DNA of 32,000 bases from Pyrobaculum calidifontis JCM 11548 (GCF_000015805.1 NC_009073.1:1620001-1652000); one strand, 5' to 3'. Counted from the stretch's first letter, positions 7,791-16,013 are shown. Notes: generated by a model from the letters alone, not told the origin. Numbers and translations are program-made.

Positions 7791-8102
7791 ATGTGCGACC
7801 TCTATTGGCAACTCTATGACAGAGGAATTCCCGTGCTGAGTGGGCCTTCTACATACGCCAAATTGTTGGGATGCCCCACCACTTGTGACTGCGATGTGGT
7901 GATACACGTAAATGACTTAGAGAGAGTTGGCGCCGGAGACTGTGTGTGGGTTATTGACGATCCTAGCTTTGTACATCGATATGTGTGGATAAGAGGACTT
8001 CCGCATATAGACATACATGAAATCGGCAAAATTAGAGGGGGAAATTTAGATGTGGTAAATTGTATAATGGATAAGCTTAGAAGTGCAACTCGTGCACGAT
8101 GA
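7791..8102 (+). CDS. hypothetical Cys-rich protein (103 aa), possible minimal nucleotidyltransferase fold
   Basis: It is the third gene of a tight operon. VLSGPSTYAKLLGCPTTCDCDVVIHV loosely fits the Pol-beta NTase pattern hG[GS]x9-13DhDh. This is a pattern-level match only. Confidence 0.5.
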   Translation: MCDLYWQLYDRGIPVLSGPSTYAKLLGCPTTCDCDVVIHVNDLERVGAGDCVWVIDDPSFVHRYVWIRGLPHIDIHEIGKIRGGNLDVVNCIMDKLRSATRAR

Positions 8103-8577
8103 GCCGTCTCCCGTCGCTTGCCGGCAGAATTACCGTTATTTTATAGGCGTCGCCGAAATATATGCCTGCTAAGTCTTCGCCTATGTGGAATTCCCCGTCT
8201 AATGAGTGTAAGACACATTTTTCACAGTTTAGTTTTACGAACTCTATTATGTCTTTAAGCGATTTTACTAAGTACTTTGGTTCACCCTTTATCGAGAGCG
8301 TTATAGTGCCGTGGTTGCTATGTAAATGCGGATGCACATGCGCGTTATAGGTGTGCGCCAAGTGGTCTATGAGACCAGACACCTCCTTGGTAAACTCGTT
8401 TTCTACAAAATGGTGGTGATGGTTATGTTCTTCTTCCTCTTCCTCCTCTCCCTCGTCAGCTGAAGATACTAGGGTTAGGCTTATTACTACCTCTAGCTGT
8501 TCTCCGCCGGCTATTCTCTGTAGCTCTGTTTCAAGTTTTTTCCACTCCTCTACCCCAAGTTTTATTTTCCCCAGCAC
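8077..8577 (-). CDS. His-rich/acidic hypothetical protein (166 aa), possible metal-binding
   Basis: GTG start at 8577. DEGEEEEEEEHNHHHH is followed by HLAHTYNAHVHPHLHSNH, with 16 His by my count. I see no signal peptide. Confidence 0.6.
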   Translation of the reverse strand: MLGKIKLGVEEWKKLETELQRIAGGEQLEVVISLTLVSSADEGEEEEEEEHNHHHHFVENEFTKEVSGLIDHLAHTYNAHVHPHLHSNHGTITLSIKGEPKYLVKSLKDIIEFVKLNCEKCVLHSLDGEFHIGEDLAGIYFGDAYKITVILPASDGRRLIVHELHF

Positions 8578-8594
8578 ATGTGGGCAGCCGCGGC

Positions 8595-8604
8595 AATTTA
8601 AAAA
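8595..8604. promoter_or_regulatory. single AT box (AATTTAAAAA) in a 46-nt spacer between divergent starts 8577(-) and 8624(+)
   Basis: The centre is about 22 nt and 24 nt from the two GTG starts. Confidence 0.5.
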
Positions 8605-8623
8605 GTTAAACTAAACGCCTCGT

Positions 8624-9067
8624 GTGAAAAAGTGTATTGTGGCCAGCGGGGTGCTAATTAGAGACGGGAAAGTTCTGTTAGTGAAACACCCAAAGCTTGG
8701 CGTATACATATACCCAGGCGGACATGTGGAAGAGGGCGAAACCCCCATAGAGGCCGTTGAAAGAGAATTTCGCGAGGAGACGGGGCTTGCTGTGGAAGTG
8801 ATGGGAGCGCGGCGTGGGATACGCGACGAAAATGTGATAGAGAGGCCGTTGCCCATAGTAATCCTTGAGGAGACCGTTAAATATCCCAACGAGGTACATA
8901 TACACTTCGACCTTGTGTATCTGGTTAGGGAGGTAGGCGGCTCTTTAGTAAACGGGGTGTGGGTAGACTTAGCAGAGGTGGAGAGGATAAGTACCTACCC
9001 CAATGTTCGACAAGTTATAAAGCTCGCCGCGTCTGTAATAAGCCTATATAGATCGGGAAACGTTTAA
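8624..9067 (+). CDS. Nudix hydrolase
   Basis: Nudix box GGHVEEGETPIEAVEREFREETGL. Confidence 0.9.
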   Translation: MKKCIVASGVLIRDGKVLLVKHPKLGVYIYPGGHVEEGETPIEAVEREFREETGLAVEVMGARRGIRDENVIERPLPIVILEETVKYPNEVHIHFDLVYLVREVGGSLVNGVWVDLAEVERISTYPNVRQVIKLAASVISLYRSGNV

Positions 9068-9084
9068 ATATACAGACTTTTCAC

Positions 9085-10857
9085 TTGGGCAATGTCGGGG
9101 GTATCGGGGCTCGCGAAAGGCCTGACAGAGTTGTAGACAAGATCGTAGACACACTAAGGGGGCTCGGCGTTAAACACGTGTTGGGCATCACAGGGGGTTC
9201 AATTATGGCACTATTTGACGCACTCTATTTCACAGACGACATCGAGGTCGTAATGTTTCGACATGAACAAGGCGCCGTGCACGCCGCCGAGGGCTACGCC
9301 CGCGTGGCTAAAAGGCCGGCCGTCGTTGCGGCAACTAGCGGGCCGGGGGCCACGAATCTAGTAACTGGTATAGCAGATGCATATATGGACTCAGTGCCCG
9401 TCGTTGCTATAACGGGCCAAGTGCCCACATGGGTCTTCGGGCGTGACGGATTTCAAGAAACAGACATCTTAGGCGTCGTTACACCAATAACAAAGTGGGT
9501 ATACCAGGTGAAAAAGCCCGAAGAGGCCACGGCCGCGGTCAAACTGGCCTATGAGATCTCCACGGTAGGCAGGCCAGGGCCCACTCTCGTGGATATACCG
9601 CGCGACCTACAACTAGCAAAAGCCAGCGGCGAGGGCAGGATATTGGTCAATGTCGCGAAGTTCAAGCCTCCCAAGCCCTCTGAGTCTGAGATAGCGCTTG
9701 CCACAAAGATAATCTTAGAGGCTGAGCGGCCCGTCGTCTTGGTCGGCGGCGGCGTCCTCTGGTCGGGGGCAACAAAAGAGGCATTGGAACTTGCAGAGAG
9801 GCTAAGCGCACCTATAGTGTCCACGCTGCCGGGCAAGGCGGCGATACCACACAACCACCCCCTCTACATGGGCCCCGCTGGGATGCACGGCAGAGCTGAG
9901 GCAGACGCCGCATTGGCAAACGCCGACGTAATCATCGCAGTAGGCACAAGGTTTAGCGATAGGACATGGGGACGGTTTAAGGAGCTACAAGAAATGGTAA
10001 AGTCAGGCGACGTGAAGTTAATACACATAGACGTCGACAAAAGCGAGATAGGGAAGAACGTGAAGCCGACTTTGGGAATTGTGGCAGACGCCAGAGAGGC
10101 CTTGAAAGAGATACTACGGCTACTGCCTAAGGCGGCTATGAGAAACGGCAAGTTCCTAGAGTGGCTGTACACAATTAGGAGGAGGTATGAGGAGACCATG
10201 GAGAAGTGGGCCTCCGTGTTCAAGTTCTTCGCCCCTTGGAAGGTGTTGAAAACTGTGAGGAGGGCGACGCCCCCCGACACGATAACTGTGACCGGCGTGG
10301 GGAGCCACCAGATGTGGGCTGAGATTTGGTGGGATGTCTACGAGCCGGGGACCTTTATCACGTCGGCTGGGCTAGGCACTATGGGCTTCGGAATTCCTGC
10401 GTCGCTGGGGGCAAAACTGGCCGACAGAACTAGGCCCGTGGTGTGCATCGACGGAGACGGCTCTTTCCAGATGACGTTCAACAACCTAGCCCTAGTGAGA
10501 GAATACGATCTCCCATTTGTTGAAATAATATTTAATAACGCATCTCTGCAACTGGTAAAACAGTGGCAAGTTTACCTATATGGCAATAGACAAGTTGCGA
10601 CAAGGTTCGCTAGAAACCCCGACTTCATAAAAATAGCGGAAGCGTACAACATTGAGGGTATTAGGCCCTCCTCATATGAAGAGTTGGAAAAAGCCGTGTC
10701 ATGGGCCGTTAGAAACAACGAACCGCTCGTTATAGACGTGACAATCGACGAAGACAAGGATATTGTACTGCCGTGGGTTAAGCCAGGCGACTGGCTCACT
10801 CAAGCAATTCTGCCAAAGGGCATGGAAGACGTTGTGCTAACATATGAACACAATTAA
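9085..10857 (+). CDS. ilvB: acetolactate synthase large (catalytic) subunit
   Basis: A ThDP enzyme with N-terminus GVKHVLGITGGSIMALFDAL and the ThDP-binding motif IDGDGSFQMTFNNLA. It is followed by ilvN, ilvC and ilvE. TTG start. Confidence 0.92.
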   Translation: MGNVGGIGARERPDRVVDKIVDTLRGLGVKHVLGITGGSIMALFDALYFTDDIEVVMFRHEQGAVHAAEGYARVAKRPAVVAATSGPGATNLVTGIADAYMDSVPVVAITGQVPTWVFGRDGFQETDILGVVTPITKWVYQVKKPEEATAAVKLAYEISTVGRPGPTLVDIPRDLQLAKASGEGRILVNVAKFKPPKPSESEIALATKIILEAERPVVLVGGGVLWSGATKEALELAERLSAPIVSTLPGKAAIPHNHPLYMGPAGMHGRAEADAALANADVIIAVGTRFSDRTWGRFKELQEMVKSGDVKLIHIDVDKSEIGKNVKPTLGIVADAREALKEILRLLPKAAMRNGKFLEWLYTIRRRYEETMEKWASVFKFFAPWKVLKTVRRATPPDTITVTGVGSHQMWAEIWWDVYEPGTFITSAGLGTMGFGIPASLGAKLADRTRPVVCIDGDGSFQMTFNNLALVREYDLPFVEIIFNNASLQLVKQWQVYLYGNRQVATRFARNPDFIKIAEAYNIEGIRPSSYEELEKAVSWAVRNNEPLVIDVTIDEDKDIVLPWVKPGDWLTQAILPKGMEDVVLTYEHN

Positions 10858-11098
10858 GCTAAAGATATCCCAATCAATGGACAGCGTCGGAAGAGTCATC
10901 AGCATAGTTAGAAGGGCCAAGGTCAGCGTAAAGAGACTAGAGCTAGTCTCCACAGACTCCCTATACGAAGTTGAGATGTATGTAGAAGGCGCCGCAGACG
11001 AGGTGCAGTGGCTGGTTGCAAAGTTGGACAAGTTGCCAGAGGTGCTAGAGATCAAAACGGCGCCCATAATTACGGCAACGGCGATAGTCAGTAGGTAA
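10844..11098 (+). CDS. ilvN: acetolactate synthase small (regulatory) subunit, short ACT-only form
   Basis: 84 aa with an ACT-like beta-alpha-beta-beta-alpha-beta pattern (IKLKISQSMDSVGRVISIVRRAKVSVKRLEL). It overlaps the ilvB stop by 14 nt. The call rests mainly on its position between ilvB and ilvC. Confidence 0.7.
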   Translation: MNTIKLKISQSMDSVGRVISIVRRAKVSVKRLELVSTDSLYEVEMYVEGAADEVQWLVAKLDKLPEVLEIKTAPIITATAIVSR

Positions 11099-11128
11099 CA
11101 ATTTAAAAACTATAGTAAGAGAGTCACC

Positions 11129-12115
11129 ATGGCGAAGATATATAGAGACGGCGATGCATCTCTAGACTGGCTAAAGGGGAAAACCATCGCAGTAATCGGC
11201 TACGGAATTCAAGGCAGGGCACAGGCGTTAAACCTGAGAGATAGCGGCCTTGACGTAATCATAGGTGCGAGAAGGGGAGGCAACTCCTGGGAGGCCGCAA
11301 GGAGGGACGGCTTTCAGGTATACGAAGTGGGAGAGGCCGTAGCCAAGGCCGACGTAGTAATGATGCTCATACCCGACATGGAGCAACCGCACGTCTGGCG
11401 TGAACAAGTGGCACCCAATTTGCGCAAGGGCGCCGTAGTCGACTTCGCCCACGGCTTTAACATTCACTACAAGCTCATCACGCCGCCGCCGTATGTAGAC
11501 GTCGTAATGGTGGCGCCAAAGGGCCCGGGAAAGGCCGTGAGAGAGGAGTTCCTAGCCGGAAGGGGAGTGCCGGCGCTAGTCGCCGTCTACCAAGACTACA
11601 GCGGCGCGGCGTTGAAGTATGCGCTGGCAATCGCCAAGGGCATAGGGGCTACGCGGGCCGGAGTAATTGAGACCACGTTTGCAGAGGAGACTGAGACAGA
11701 CCTAATAGGCGAACAAGTGGTGCTAGTAGGCGGCCTAATGGAGTTGATAAAGAAGGGGTTTGAGGTACTAGTTGAGATGGGGTATCAGCCAGAGGTGGCC
11801 TATTTCGAAGTGTTGAACGAGGCTAAGCTAATCATGGATCTCATATGGCAGAGGGGCATCTACGGCATGTTAAACGGAGTCTCTGATACTGCAAAATATG
11901 GCGGTCTAACTGTGGGGCCCAGGGTCATCGACGACGAGGTAAAGGAGAAGATGAGGAGAGCCGCGGCGAGAGTTAAAAGCGGAGAGTTTGCCAAAGAGTG
12001 GGTCGAGGAGTACCAGCGAGGCGCCCCCCGCCTACGCGAGTTAATGGAAAAAGCGAAAAACCACCCCATTGAAGCCGTTGGTGCAGAAATGCGGAAGTTG
12101 CTGTTTGGGCCATGA
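11129..12115 (+). CDS. ilvC: ketol-acid reductoisomerase
   Basis: The NADPH motif [19 protein letters not shown] is present, and the ORF has class I KARI length (328 aa). Confidence 0.95.
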   Translation: MAKIYRDGDASLDWLKGKTIAVIGYGIQGRAQALNLRDSGLDVIIGARRGGNSWEAARRDGFQVYEVGEAVAKADVVMMLIPDMEQPHVWREQVAPNLRKGAVVDFAHGFNIHYKLITPPPYVDVVMVAPKGPGKAVREEFLAGRGVPALVAVYQDYSGAALKYALAIAKGIGATRAGVIETTFAEETETDLIGEQVVLVGGLMELIKKGFEVLVEMGYQPEVAYFEVLNEAKLIMDLIWQRGIYGMLNGVSDTAKYGGLTVGPRVIDDEVKEKMRRAAARVKSGEFAKEWVEEYQRGAPRLRELMEKAKNHPIEAVGAEMRKLLFGP

Positions 12116-13023
12116 AGATATACGCCCAATACGTCTGGCTAGACGGCCGCATTACGAAATGGGAAGAGGCAAAAGTCCACGTTTTAACCCACGCGCTACA
12201 CTACGGCACGTCCATCTTCGAAGGCATTAGGGCGTATTGGAACGGCGAAAACCTCTACGTGTTTAGACTCGACGACCACGTGGCGAGGATGTTCTACTCG
12301 GCGAAAATCCTTGGGATAAAGATGCCATACAGCCAGGGCGAGGTACGAAACGCCGTGCTGGAGGTGTTACGTGCAAATAGCTTTAAGGAGGACGTATACA
12401 TTAGGCCGGTAGCGTACGTCTCTACGCCGACCGTCACCCTGGATGTCAGAAGCCTAGATGTTTCAGTCGCCGTTGTGGCGTTCCCGTTTGGAAAATACCT
12501 ACCTCCCGACGGAATTAGGGCCGCCATTGTCACATGGCGAAGAGTACATAATACCATGTTGCCAGTCATGGCAAAGATAGGCGGGATATACGTAAACTCT
12601 GTGCTAGCTCTAGTAGAGGCTAGAAGCCGCGGATACGACGAAGCGTTGCTTTTAGACGCCAATGGCTACGTGGTAGAGGGGTCTGGGGAAAACGTGTTCG
12701 TGGTGAGAAGGGGAAAGATGTATACGCCACCTGTTCACTCCTCAATACTCGAGGGCATAACCAGGGACGCCATTATTACGCTTGCAGACGATCTAAAAAT
12801 CCCCGTGGCGGAAAAGCCCGTGACTAGAGAGGAGGTGTACACTGCCGACGAAGTATTCTTGGTGGGGACTGCGGCAGAGGTTACGCCAGTAGTCGAGGTA
12901 GACGGCAGAGCCATAGGCGACGGAAGGCCAGGCCCTATAACCACTAGGCTTAGAGAGCTGTACGCAAGAGTTGTAAGAGGTGGGGTTGAAAAATACCTAC
13001 ACTGGCTTACTCCCACCTATTAG
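12112..13023 (+). CDS. ilvE: branched-chain amino acid aminotransferase (class IV)
   Basis: YVWLDGRI...[16 protein letters not shown] and EGSGENVF. An ATGA start/stop overlap with ilvC is present. Confidence 0.92.
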   Translation: MKIYAQYVWLDGRITKWEEAKVHVLTHALHYGTSIFEGIRAYWNGENLYVFRLDDHVARMFYSAKILGIKMPYSQGEVRNAVLEVLRANSFKEDVYIRPVAYVSTPTVTLDVRSLDVSVAVVAFPFGKYLPPDGIRAAIVTWRRVHNTMLPVMAKIGGIYVNSVLALVEARSRGYDEALLLDANGYVVEGSGENVFVVRRGKMYTPPVHSSILEGITRDAIITLADDLKIPVAEKPVTREEVYTADEVFLVGTAAEVTPVVEVDGRAIGDGRPGPITTRLRELYARVVRGGVEKYLHWLTPTY

Positions 13024-13472
13024 TCTATTACAACTGTCGAGCCGCCGTATTTTGCCTCCTTCAGAAGCTTCTTTCTACGTGCCAGTTTAACCGCCGCCTC
13101 TACAGCGCGTCTGGCATACTCCTCAACTCTCTCCAAAGCCTGCATCCTATTGGCTCCATGGCCTATAATGCCGAGGGTTATGGGCTTCCCGCTCTCCACA
13201 GCCAAGTCCAGTATCTTTCTAGCTGCTTGTTGGGCCACTATTTCGTCGTGTTTTGTAGCCCCCTGTATCACGGCGCCTAGCGTCACTACGGCGTCTACAT
13301 CCTCCTTCAGCGCCAGCTCTTTGAGGACCATTGGAATGTCAAATACGCCGGGCACCTTAACTACATAGGTAACTTCGGCACCTAAAAATTTGGCGTGCTC
13401 CAACGCCTTTTGCAACATGAGGTGCGTAATGTCGTAGTTGAACTCCGCTACCACTAACGCCAGCTTTACCAT
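13020..13472 (-). CDS. ribH: 6,7-dimethyl-8-ribityllumazine synthase
   Basis: [13 protein letters not shown]...VPGVFDIP...[18 protein letters not shown] is typical RibH. Confidence 0.92.
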   Translation of the reverse strand: MVKLALVVAEFNYDITHLMLQKALEHAKFLGAEVTYVVKVPGVFDIPMVLKELALKEDVDAVVTLGAVIQGATKHDEIVAQQAARKILDLAVESGKPITLGIIGHGANRMQALERVEEYARRAVEAAVKLARRKKLLKEAKYGGSTVVID

Positions 13473-13549
13473 TGAGGCTGTGGGTAGTGGCAGGTATAAA
13501 AATTGATTTGCGAAGTCAAATATTTAAATACTGGACTTTATCTTAGTAC

Positions 13550-13738
13550 ATGCCGTCCGGGGTTAAGACCAAGATTTATGAGTATCTGACCCAGAATAAA
13601 GGTAAAGAGTTTACAGCGGAGGAAATTGCAAAAGCCATAGGAGCAGACAAGGTAGCCATTGTAAAAGCGCAGTTAACTAGGCTAATAAGAGAGGGGAAAG
13701 TGGAAAAAACGGCCGAGGGCAAGTATAGGGCTAAGTGA
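13550..13738 (+). CDS. small Lys-rich winged-helix-like DNA-binding protein (62 aa)
   Basis: KIYEYLTQNKGKEFTAEEIAKAIGADKVAIVKAQLTRLIREGKVEK has a helix-turn-helix-plus-wing pattern. AAATATTTAAATA lies about 26 nt upstream of the ATG. Confidence 0.6.
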   Translation: MPSGVKTKIYEYLTQNKGKEFTAEEIAKAIGADKVAIVKAQLTRLIREGKVEKTAEGKYRAK

Positions 13739-13767
13739 GCATATAAACACACCTATTTTTTATCCCC

Positions 13768-14553
13768 GTGTACTCATTGCCGCCAGAGGTTTTAGCCGCA
13801 TTGGAGCGTGTTAAAGCCAGGCTCAACAAAGTGGGCGAAGAGCTTGAGCCAATATCCCTCAGAAAAGCCGTGCGGCATTACATAGAGACGCCTGGCAAAC
13901 TGCTGAGGCCTCTCCTCTTGTTGACTTTTACTTATAGCATTGATAGGCGCTCTATAATGGATCCAAGGATTTTAGAGGCAGCCGCCATAGTGGAACTTCT
14001 ACACGTCGTCTCGCTTCTGCAAGACGACGTCATGGATCAACACGACCAGCGAAGAGGCATAAAGACGCCCCGCGCAATGTATGGCGACGGTAGGGCTATT
14101 GTCGCCAGTGATTGGCTAATCGCGGAATCCATTAAAATGGCGGTGAACCTGGGAGCCGATGTCGTGACATATCTAGCAGACGTGGCGCAGAGGCTCTCTG
14201 TGGGCCAGGCGCTAGACTTAGAGGGAGAACGTGACAAGGCTGCAGAATTCAAAACGGCGCCGCTTATTGAGGCGGCGCTAGTAATGCCGCTTGTGATCCT
14301 GGGGCGCCGCGAGTTAATAGAGACTGCGAAAAAACTTGGGACTAAGCTAGGCATACTCTACCAATACTCAGATGATTATAGCGATGAAAATGTAGAAAGA
14401 CCTGAGACAAAAAGTATAGCAAATGAAATAGGTAGGTATTTGCTAAAAATCAAAGAACATGTGGGAGACGCCATCGCTCCCTTTGAAAGACTTATTAAGT
14501 ACCTAATAGGCAAAGCGCTGGAGGGCACGCTAACTGTTTCACGTACAATCTAA
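13768..14553 (+). CDS. trans-isoprenyl diphosphate synthase (GGPP synthase family, short form)
   Basis: [19 protein letters not shown] and [16 protein letters not shown] start about 25 nt after CATATAAACA. Confidence 0.88.
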   Translation: MYSLPPEVLAALERVKARLNKVGEELEPISLRKAVRHYIETPGKLLRPLLLLTFTYSIDRRSIMDPRILEAAAIVELLHVVSLLQDDVMDQHDQRRGIKTPRAMYGDGRAIVASDWLIAESIKMAVNLGADVVTYLADVAQRLSVGQALDLEGERDKAAEFKTAPLIEAALVMPLVILGRRELIETAKKLGTKLGILYQYSDDYSDENVERPETKSIANEIGRYLLKIKEHVGDAIAPFERLIKYLIGKALEGTLTVSRTI

Positions 14554-14601
14554 TGATGAGGCTAGACTAAGCCGAATAATGACGTGGCGTGAAAGGGCTG
14601 A
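14553..14601 (+). ncRNA. C/D box sRNA candidate 2 (dual guide)
   Basis: C AUGAUGA 14553-14559; guide 14560-14571; D' CCGA 14572-14575; loop AUA; C' AUGACGU 14579-14585; guide 14586-14597; D CUGA 14598-14601. Same 49-nt layout as the other two candidates. It bridges the upstream stop and the downstream start codon. Confidence 0.65.
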
Positions 14602-15106
14602 GAAATTACTCATTGGGATTAGTGGAATGCCCGGCGTGGGAAAAACGACGCTAGTACTAAGAGTGTTAGAACTGGCGCGGAGTAAATATCGCTGCTGCGG
14701 CTTTGTGACGGTAGAAGTAAGAGAACGGGGCGTGCGAATAGGATTTGACACAATCGACGTGGTAAGCGGCGCAAGAGTCCCCCTAGCTAGAGTGGGCACC
14801 GGAAGTCCCTCGGTGGGGAAGTACGTGGTCAACCTCCCCAGTTGTGAAGTTATAAGCCGCGCATTACGGCAAGAGGACTGCGAAGTGGCCTTCATAGACG
14901 AGATAGGGGCCATGGAGTTCAAGTGCCCAACTTTTTACACAGACCTCCGCGTGGCAGTGGACAGAATTCCAAGGATAATAGCCACAGTACATAGGAACTA
15001 TATACATACAGCGGAGAAGTTAGGCTTTGAGATTATTTGGCTTACACGGGAAAACTGGAACTCGACGCTAAGCACGGTGCTCAAAGCTCTTTCTCTATCT
15101 ACCTAG
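14579..15106 (+). CDS. nucleoside-triphosphatase, THEP1/NTPCR family
   Basis: Walker [10 protein letters not shown] and Walker [12 protein letters not shown], 175 aa, a typical archaeal THEP1. Confidence 0.85.
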   Translation: MTWRERAEKLLIGISGMPGVGKTTLVLRVLELARSKYRCCGFVTVEVRERGVRIGFDTIDVVSGARVPLARVGTGSPSVGKYVVNLPSCEVISRALRQEDCEVAFIDEIGAMEFKCPTFYTDLRVAVDRIPRIIATVHRNYIHTAEKLGFEIIWLTRENWNSTLSTVLKALSLST

Positions 15107-15607
15107 TAGAATTTTTACAAGTACCTCTGGCGGGTCTTTAACTGCAGATATGTAGTATATCTCACCTACGCCTAAGGCCTTAGCAACGTCGTCAGCCTCT
15201 ATAAAAACGCCTATTTCCTCGGCCAAATCCTTCTTGTTGCCGACTATGGCGACTTCTTTCGCAACGTGGGAGTTCAACTCTATAAAGATACTGTGGATCT
15301 CAGATATTGAATATAGTGTTTCTTGATTTGTTACATCGTATAAATATATAAGTCTATCTATAATTGACACTTTAAATGATGCAAACTTCATGGCCACCTC
15401 ATAGGCACGTTGACCTGGAACATCCACGAGATCAAGCTCCAAGTCCCCTATATACAGCCTGTAGTAGCTAGGCCTAAGAGTCATCACAGGCCTCTCAGAT
15501 AGGCCGATTACTCTGTAGGCAAGTGTAGTCTTACCAACGCCACCAACGCCGAGCAAAACAACTACTCTTCTACGCACGATGAATCTAAAGACGCAAGTTT
15601 TAAACAT
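15095..15607 (-). CDS. Ras-superfamily small GTPase (Rab/Ras-like motif set)
   Basis: G1 [10 protein letters not shown]3 DVPGQ, G4 GNKKD, G5 SAV. The track start is GTG 15643. ATG 15607 is the first start downstream of the expected TSS from the TTTTTTAGAA box (minus sense, about 15650-15660), so the start is uncertain. Confidence 0.8.
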   Translation of the reverse strand: MFKTCVFRFIVRRRVVVLLGVGGVGKTTLAYRVIGLSERPVMTLRPSYYRLYIGDLELDLVDVPGQRAYEVAMKFASFKVSIIDRLIYLYDVTNQETLYSISEIHSIFIELNSHVAKEVAIVGNKKDLAEEIGVFIEADDVAKALGVGEIYYISAVKDPPEVLVKILLGR

Positions 15608-15793
15608 GATAGGGCACAACCGGTCCCTCCTTTCAGCTCTCACAGAGAGTATTCTAAAAAACTACAGAGCAATATAGAATATACAGAAATAGGAAAACTA
15701 GATGAATTATAAAAAGAATATAAAGCGAATATCTTACACAAATTTCATATGAATAGCCTAATAACAATATCCAGTAGTTAAATTAAACAAAAG

Positions 15794-15802
15794 CTTTATA
15801 AA
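15794..15802 (+). promoter_or_regulatory. strong TATA box (CTTTATAAA) for the CC1-like gene
   Basis: It lies about 25 nt upstream of ATG 15823, at the end of a roughly 180-nt AT-rich spacer. Confidence 0.6.
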
Positions 15803-15822
15803 CCGGTGAGAACTGTTGTCAC

Positions 15823-15996
15823 ATGTCGAAGAAGCAGAAGTTGAAGTTCTACGACATAAAAGCGAAGCAGGCGTTTGAGACGGATCAGTATGAGGTGGTG
15901 GAGAAGCAGACTGCTCGTGGGCCGATGATGTTTGCAGTGGCCAAGTCCCCATACACCGGCATCAAAGTATACCGCCTACTAGGCAAGAAAAAGTAA
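15823..15996 (+). CDS. 57-aa basic protein, probable crenarchaeal chromatin protein CC1-like
   Basis: Below the track cutoff: MSKKQKLKFYDIKAKQAFETDQYEVVEKQTARGPMMFAVAKSPYTGIKVYRLLGKKK. It is about 6.5 kDa, Lys-rich with a beta-strand-like pattern, and has a consensus TATA and a T6 terminator. The CC1 assignment comes from memory of the family's size, charge and taxonomy, not from an alignment. Confidence 0.6.
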   Translation: MSKKQKLKFYDIKAKQAFETDQYEVVEKQTARGPMMFAVAKSPYTGIKVYRLLGKKK

Positions 15997-16013
15997 AAAC
16001 CCCAAAACCCACC

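Noticed and set aside
14211-14220. GCTAGACTTA inside the prenyl synthase gene, resembling the sRNA-2 D' guide
   Set aside because: It has the same polarity as the guide (not complementary) and is only an 8-mer-level similarity. Another copy at 22641 shows this is chance.
15644-15822. AT-rich 180-nt spacer as a replication origin
   Set aside because: I could find no repeated ORB/mini-ORB-like elements (only one weak TCCAGTAG half-site). There are no inverted repeats flanking a DUE and no orc1/cdc6 gene nearby. Two promoters account for part of the AT content.
15758-15952. 64-aa minus-strand ORF in the track
   Set aside because: It is antisense to the 57-aa CC1-like ORF, which has a consensus TATA, an ATG at the right distance and an oligo-T terminator. 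The minus ORF has none of these and an S/T/P-rich translation.
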